Positions 21,307 through 24,000 of a stretch of DNA of 24,000 bases are shown piece after piece. Every line of letters begins with the position of its first letter. Position 1 is the stretch's first letter. A model generated the notes under the pieces. That model had not been told where the DNA came from. It saw only the letters and a program-made list of their open reading frames with translations, and did not search any database. Made by a program: the position numbers and the translations under genes. The stretch is from Nanobdellota archaeon (GTDB lineage Archaea > Nanobdellota > Nanobdellia > Pacearchaeales > GW2011-AR1): assembly GCA_018830525.1 (NCBI GenBank), contig JAHJSH010000020.1, positions 1 to 24,000 of the forward strand. The letters are read 5' to 3'.

Positions 21307-24000
21307 ATGGCAGAGGATGAAAGTGTACCATTAGGTGACCCTCCAGAAAATGGGGAAAGGCAAAAATATGCGATTAAACAAGATGATTTTTTAATTGATG
21401 CTAAAGAATTTTTTGAGGCTAATCGTAAACAGATTGGGAAGGTAGCAAAAGCAGGGGAAAAAATTGTTCATATTGATTTTGAAGATTTTTCGGCGCATTC
21501 TCCCGGGCTTTCAGATCAGTTGATTGATCGACCAGAGGAGACGATTCAGTTATTGGAAGTTTCTTTAGAGGAATTAGAATGGGCGCCGAATGATGCGCGT
21601 GCGAGGTTTATGAGTATTTCTCCTACGCAGGAAATTTTTATTAGGGATATCCGAGCGAAGCATTTAGGAAAGATGATTAGTATTGAAGGAATTGTCCGGC
21701 AAGCTTCGGAAGTTCGGCCGTTGGTTACGAATGCGAAGTTTGAATGTCCGAGTTGTGGGACAATTATTTCAGTTTTACAGATTGATAAGAAATTTAAAGA
21801 GCCCTCGAGATGTTCGTGTGGTCGGCGTGGAGGATTCAAGGAAATTTCTAAGGATATGGTTGATGCACAAGTTTTGACGATTGAAGAGGCTTCGGATAAT
21901 TTGAGTGGGGGGGAGCAGCCAAAGAGGATGGTGATTTTTCTAAAGGAAGATTTGGTTGATCCTAAGATGGAGACTAGGACCACTCCGGGGAGTCGTGTTA
22001 AAGTTATTGGGGTCTTAAAGGAGATTGCGATTTCGTCTTCTAGTGGTGCGATGTTAACTCGTTTTGATTTGGCGGTTGAAGCGAATAATGTTATTCCTAT
22101 GGAGGAAAGTTTTGAAGATATTGATATTAGTGAGGAAGATGAGCGAGCGATTAAAGAGTTGGCTGCGGATCCTAAGGGGATGGCTAAGATGGCTAAAAGT
22201 ATTGCTCCGTCGATTTGGGGGCACGAGAATGTTAAGCAGGCGCTTGCGTTGCAGTTGTTTAGTGGAGTTAAGAAAAAACGAAGTGATGGGACGCATATGA
22301 GGGGGGATATCCATGTTTTGTTGGTTGGTGATCCGGGTGTTGCGAAATCGGTTATGTTAAGTTTTATCTCGAGTGTCGCTCCGAAAGCACGTTATGTTTC
22401 GGGTAAATCTTCTACTGGTGCGGGACTTACGGCGACGGTTGTTAAAGATGAGTTGTTGAAAGGTTGGTCGTTGGAAGCAGGTGCGATGGTTCTTGCGAAT
22501 AAGGGGCAGGTTTGTATTGATGAGTTTGATAAAATGAATGAAGAGGATCGGTCGACAATGCACGAGGCGATGGAACAGCAATGCATGTTACCTGACTTTA
22601 AATTGATGTTATCTAATGGTCAAGAGGTAGAAATAGGTAAATTTGTTGATGATTTGATTGAGAAAAATAATAAAAAAGTTTATGTGGGAAAGGATTGTGA
22701 AATAGTCTCGGTCGATAATGTTGAATTGATTTCTACAGATTTTTCAAGGCATTTTCCAATGAAAGCAGATAGGGTGAGCAGACATTTGGCTCCTTCAGAA
22801 TTTGTTAAAATTGAATTGAGCGATGGAAAGGAAATTACAGTAACCTCTGAACATCCTTGCTGGATTATAAAAAATGGGAAGATAACAACAGTTCCTGCTG
22901 AAAAATTAGGGGGGGGCGATTATTTTCCGATTGCGTCTGAAATTAAAATTGAGGAAGAAGAATATAAGGTTGAAAATGATTATTTGTGTAAAATTCTAGG
23001 GTATCATTTAAGTGATGGATGTTATGAATTAAATGGGGGAAAGAAAACTGGAATACAATTTTGGAACAAGGATAAGGATTTGATAGGGGATTATAAGGAT
23101 TCTATTAAAAGATTCTTTGGGATTAATCCGAAAATTACTAAAAGAAATAAACAATTTGCTGTGAGAGTTATTTCTAAAAAAGTTGCTGATTATTTTTATA
23201 AATTAGATCCAAGTCTTATGGAAAAAGGAGAATTTAAGAAAATTCCGGATAAGGTATTAAGTTTCTCAAGAGAGAATATAAAATATTTATTGAGGGCTTT
23301 ATTTGACGGAGATGGGACAATGGTAAATCAAAATAGAAATGGTTGTCGTGTTGGATTTGTTACTCAAAATAGTATCTTGGCGGAACAAGTTAGCAATCTT
23401 TTACTAAGATTTGGTATTTCATCATCTATTTTTAAGGATAAGAATGTGTTTAGGCTCGATATCTCGGGACAAGAAAATTTATCTAAGTTTTTTTTAAATA
23501 TAGGTTTTTTATCGCAACATAAAAATCAGAGATTAATGCAATATTGTGAAAAGGAAAAAACTTATCGAACAATTAAGGATGTTATCCCGCATTGTACTGA
23601 AAAAATAAATAACATTTTTAAAAAATTAAAAATCTCTGCAAAAAAAGAGATTGGACATTCTATCGATTTAGGTGTTGAAAAACAGAGAGTCTTTCTTCAG
23701 AAACTTGTGTTGATTGCTGAAAAATATGCATTAAAACAAAACAATAAAATAATTTTGGAGGAGATTAATGATATCAAAAAACTTGCTTTTGGATATGCAA
23801 GATGGATGAAAATTAAAGAAGTTTCTAAAATAAAAAATAATGGGATAAAATGGGTTTATGATGTAACAATCGAGCCATATCATACTTTTATTTCAAATGG
23901 GATGGTTTTACATAATACTGTTACGATTACGAAGGCGACTGTTCAGGCTACTTTGCGGGCCCAGACTTCGGTTCTTGCTGCGGCGAATCCTAAGTTCGGG
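21307..24000 (+). CDS. mcm: MCM replicative helicase, interrupted by an intein; 3' end beyond the window
   Basis: My own translation from ATG 21307 shows a Zn finger (CPSCG...CSCG), Walker A (GDPGVAKS) and Walker B (CIDEFDKM). HEAMEQQ is followed by the intein, after which the extein resumes TVTITKATVQATLRAQTSVLAAANP. The frame is open to position 24000. Confidence 0.95.
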   Translation, partial: MAEDESVPLGDPPENGERQKYAIKQDDFLIDAKEFFEANRKQIGKVAKAGEKIVHIDFEDFSAHSPGLSDQLIDRPEETIQLLEVSLEELEWAPNDARARFMSISPTQEIFIRDIRAKHLGKMISIEGIVRQASEVRPLVTNAKFECPSCGTIISVLQIDKKFKEPSRCSCGRRGGFKEISKDMVDAQVLTIEEASDNLSGGEQPKRMVIFLKEDLVDPKMETRTTPGSRVKVIGVLKEIAISSSSGAMLTRFDLAVEANNVIPMEESFEDIDISEEDERAIKELAADPKGMAKMAKSIAPSIWGHENVKQALALQLFSGVKKKRSDGTHMRGDIHVLLVGDPGVAKSVMLSFISSVAPKARYVSGKSSTGAGLTATVVKDELLKGWSLEAGAMVLANKGQVCIDEFDKMNEEDRSTMHEAMEQQCMLPDFKLMLSNGQEVEIGKFVDDLIEKNNKKVYVGKDCEIVSVDNVELISTDFSRHFPMKADRVSRHLAPSEFVKIELSDGKEITVTSEHPCWIIKNGKITTVPAEKLGGGDYFPIASEIKIEEEEYKVENDYLCKILGYHLSDGCYELNGGKKTGIQFWNKDKDLIGDYKDSIKRFFGINPKITKRNKQFAVRVISKKVADYFYKLDPSLMEKGEFKKIPDKVLSFSRENIKYLLRALFDGDGTMVNQNRNGCRVGFVTQNSILAEQVSNLLLRFGISSSIFKDKNVFRLDISGQENLSKFFLNIGFLSQHKNQRLMQYCEKEKTYRTIKDVIPHCTEKINNIFKKLKISAKKEIGHSIDLGVEKQRVFLQKLVLIAEKYALKQNNKIILEEINDIKKLAFGYARWMKIKEVSKIKNNGIKWVYDVTIEPYHTFISNGMVLHNTVTITKATVQATLRAQTSVLAAANPKFG
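22582..23916 (+). mobile_element. 445-aa intein with LAGLIDADG homing-endonuclease domain inserted in mcm
   Basis: It starts with Cys (CMLPDF) immediately after MEQQ. Block B reads TSEHP. The LAGLIDADG motifs are LCKILGYHLSDGCY and IKYLLRALFDGDGT. It ends ...NGMVLHN and is followed by Thr (+1 nucleophile). One intein line counts about 23% GC against about 45% for one extein line. Confidence 0.9.

Noticed and set aside
21546-22586. Several 64-145-aa ORFs on the minus strand and in alternative plus frames within mcm
   Set aside because: All of them lie inside the continuous MCM reading frame, which has strong helicase motifs. They are shadow ORFs.
1-24000. Search for CRISPR arrays, rRNA genes, transposase/IS elements and toxin-antitoxin or other defence operons
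   Set aside because: I found no regularly spaced repeats, rRNA-like GC-rich blocks, transposase or integrase ORFs, or recognisable defence gene combinations. The only mobile signatures are the intein, the free-standing LAGLIDADG gene and the repeat footprints reported above.

Overview
Gene-dense, AT-rich archaeal chromosome segment. The archaeal assignment rests on ribosomal proteins L15e, S19e, L39e and L31e, plus TBP, NAC, Sec61-beta, MCM, Cbf5 and an ATP-dependent DNA ligase. A small-genome DPANN-type archaeon is my inference from the compact genes, the low GC and the patchy metabolism. Most of the window is housekeeping: metG, prs, trx, lig, tbp, an r-protein operon, cbf5 and mcm. One clear tRNA-Ile(GAU) is present. 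Many genes have a TATA-like box centred about 25 nt upstream of the ATG, which fits leaderless mRNAs. I see no CRISPR array, no rRNA and no recognisable defence operon. The non-routine content is listed below.
1. An 87-nt upstream module is shared, at identical spacing to the start codon, by a minD-like gene and the S19e operon. It contains a conserved imperfect inverted repeat.
2. A hairpin-dense intergenic block of about 280 nt (5824-6100) has its own TATA and an oligo-T tract. It is probably an unassigned structured RNA.
3. The 3' end of tRNA-Ile is duplicated 171 bp downstream of the gene, and a free-standing LAGLIDADG endonuclease lies next to it.
4. A 445-aa LAGLIDADG intein interrupts mcm.
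5. A very AT-rich gene for a LamG plus metallophosphoesterase surface protein is bracketed by perfect 20-nt direct repeats that carry a promoter.
6. A bacterial-type accA is present without partner subunits.
7. L31e carries long charged extensions at both ends.
All functional calls come from my own reading of the translated ORFs. No database search was run.
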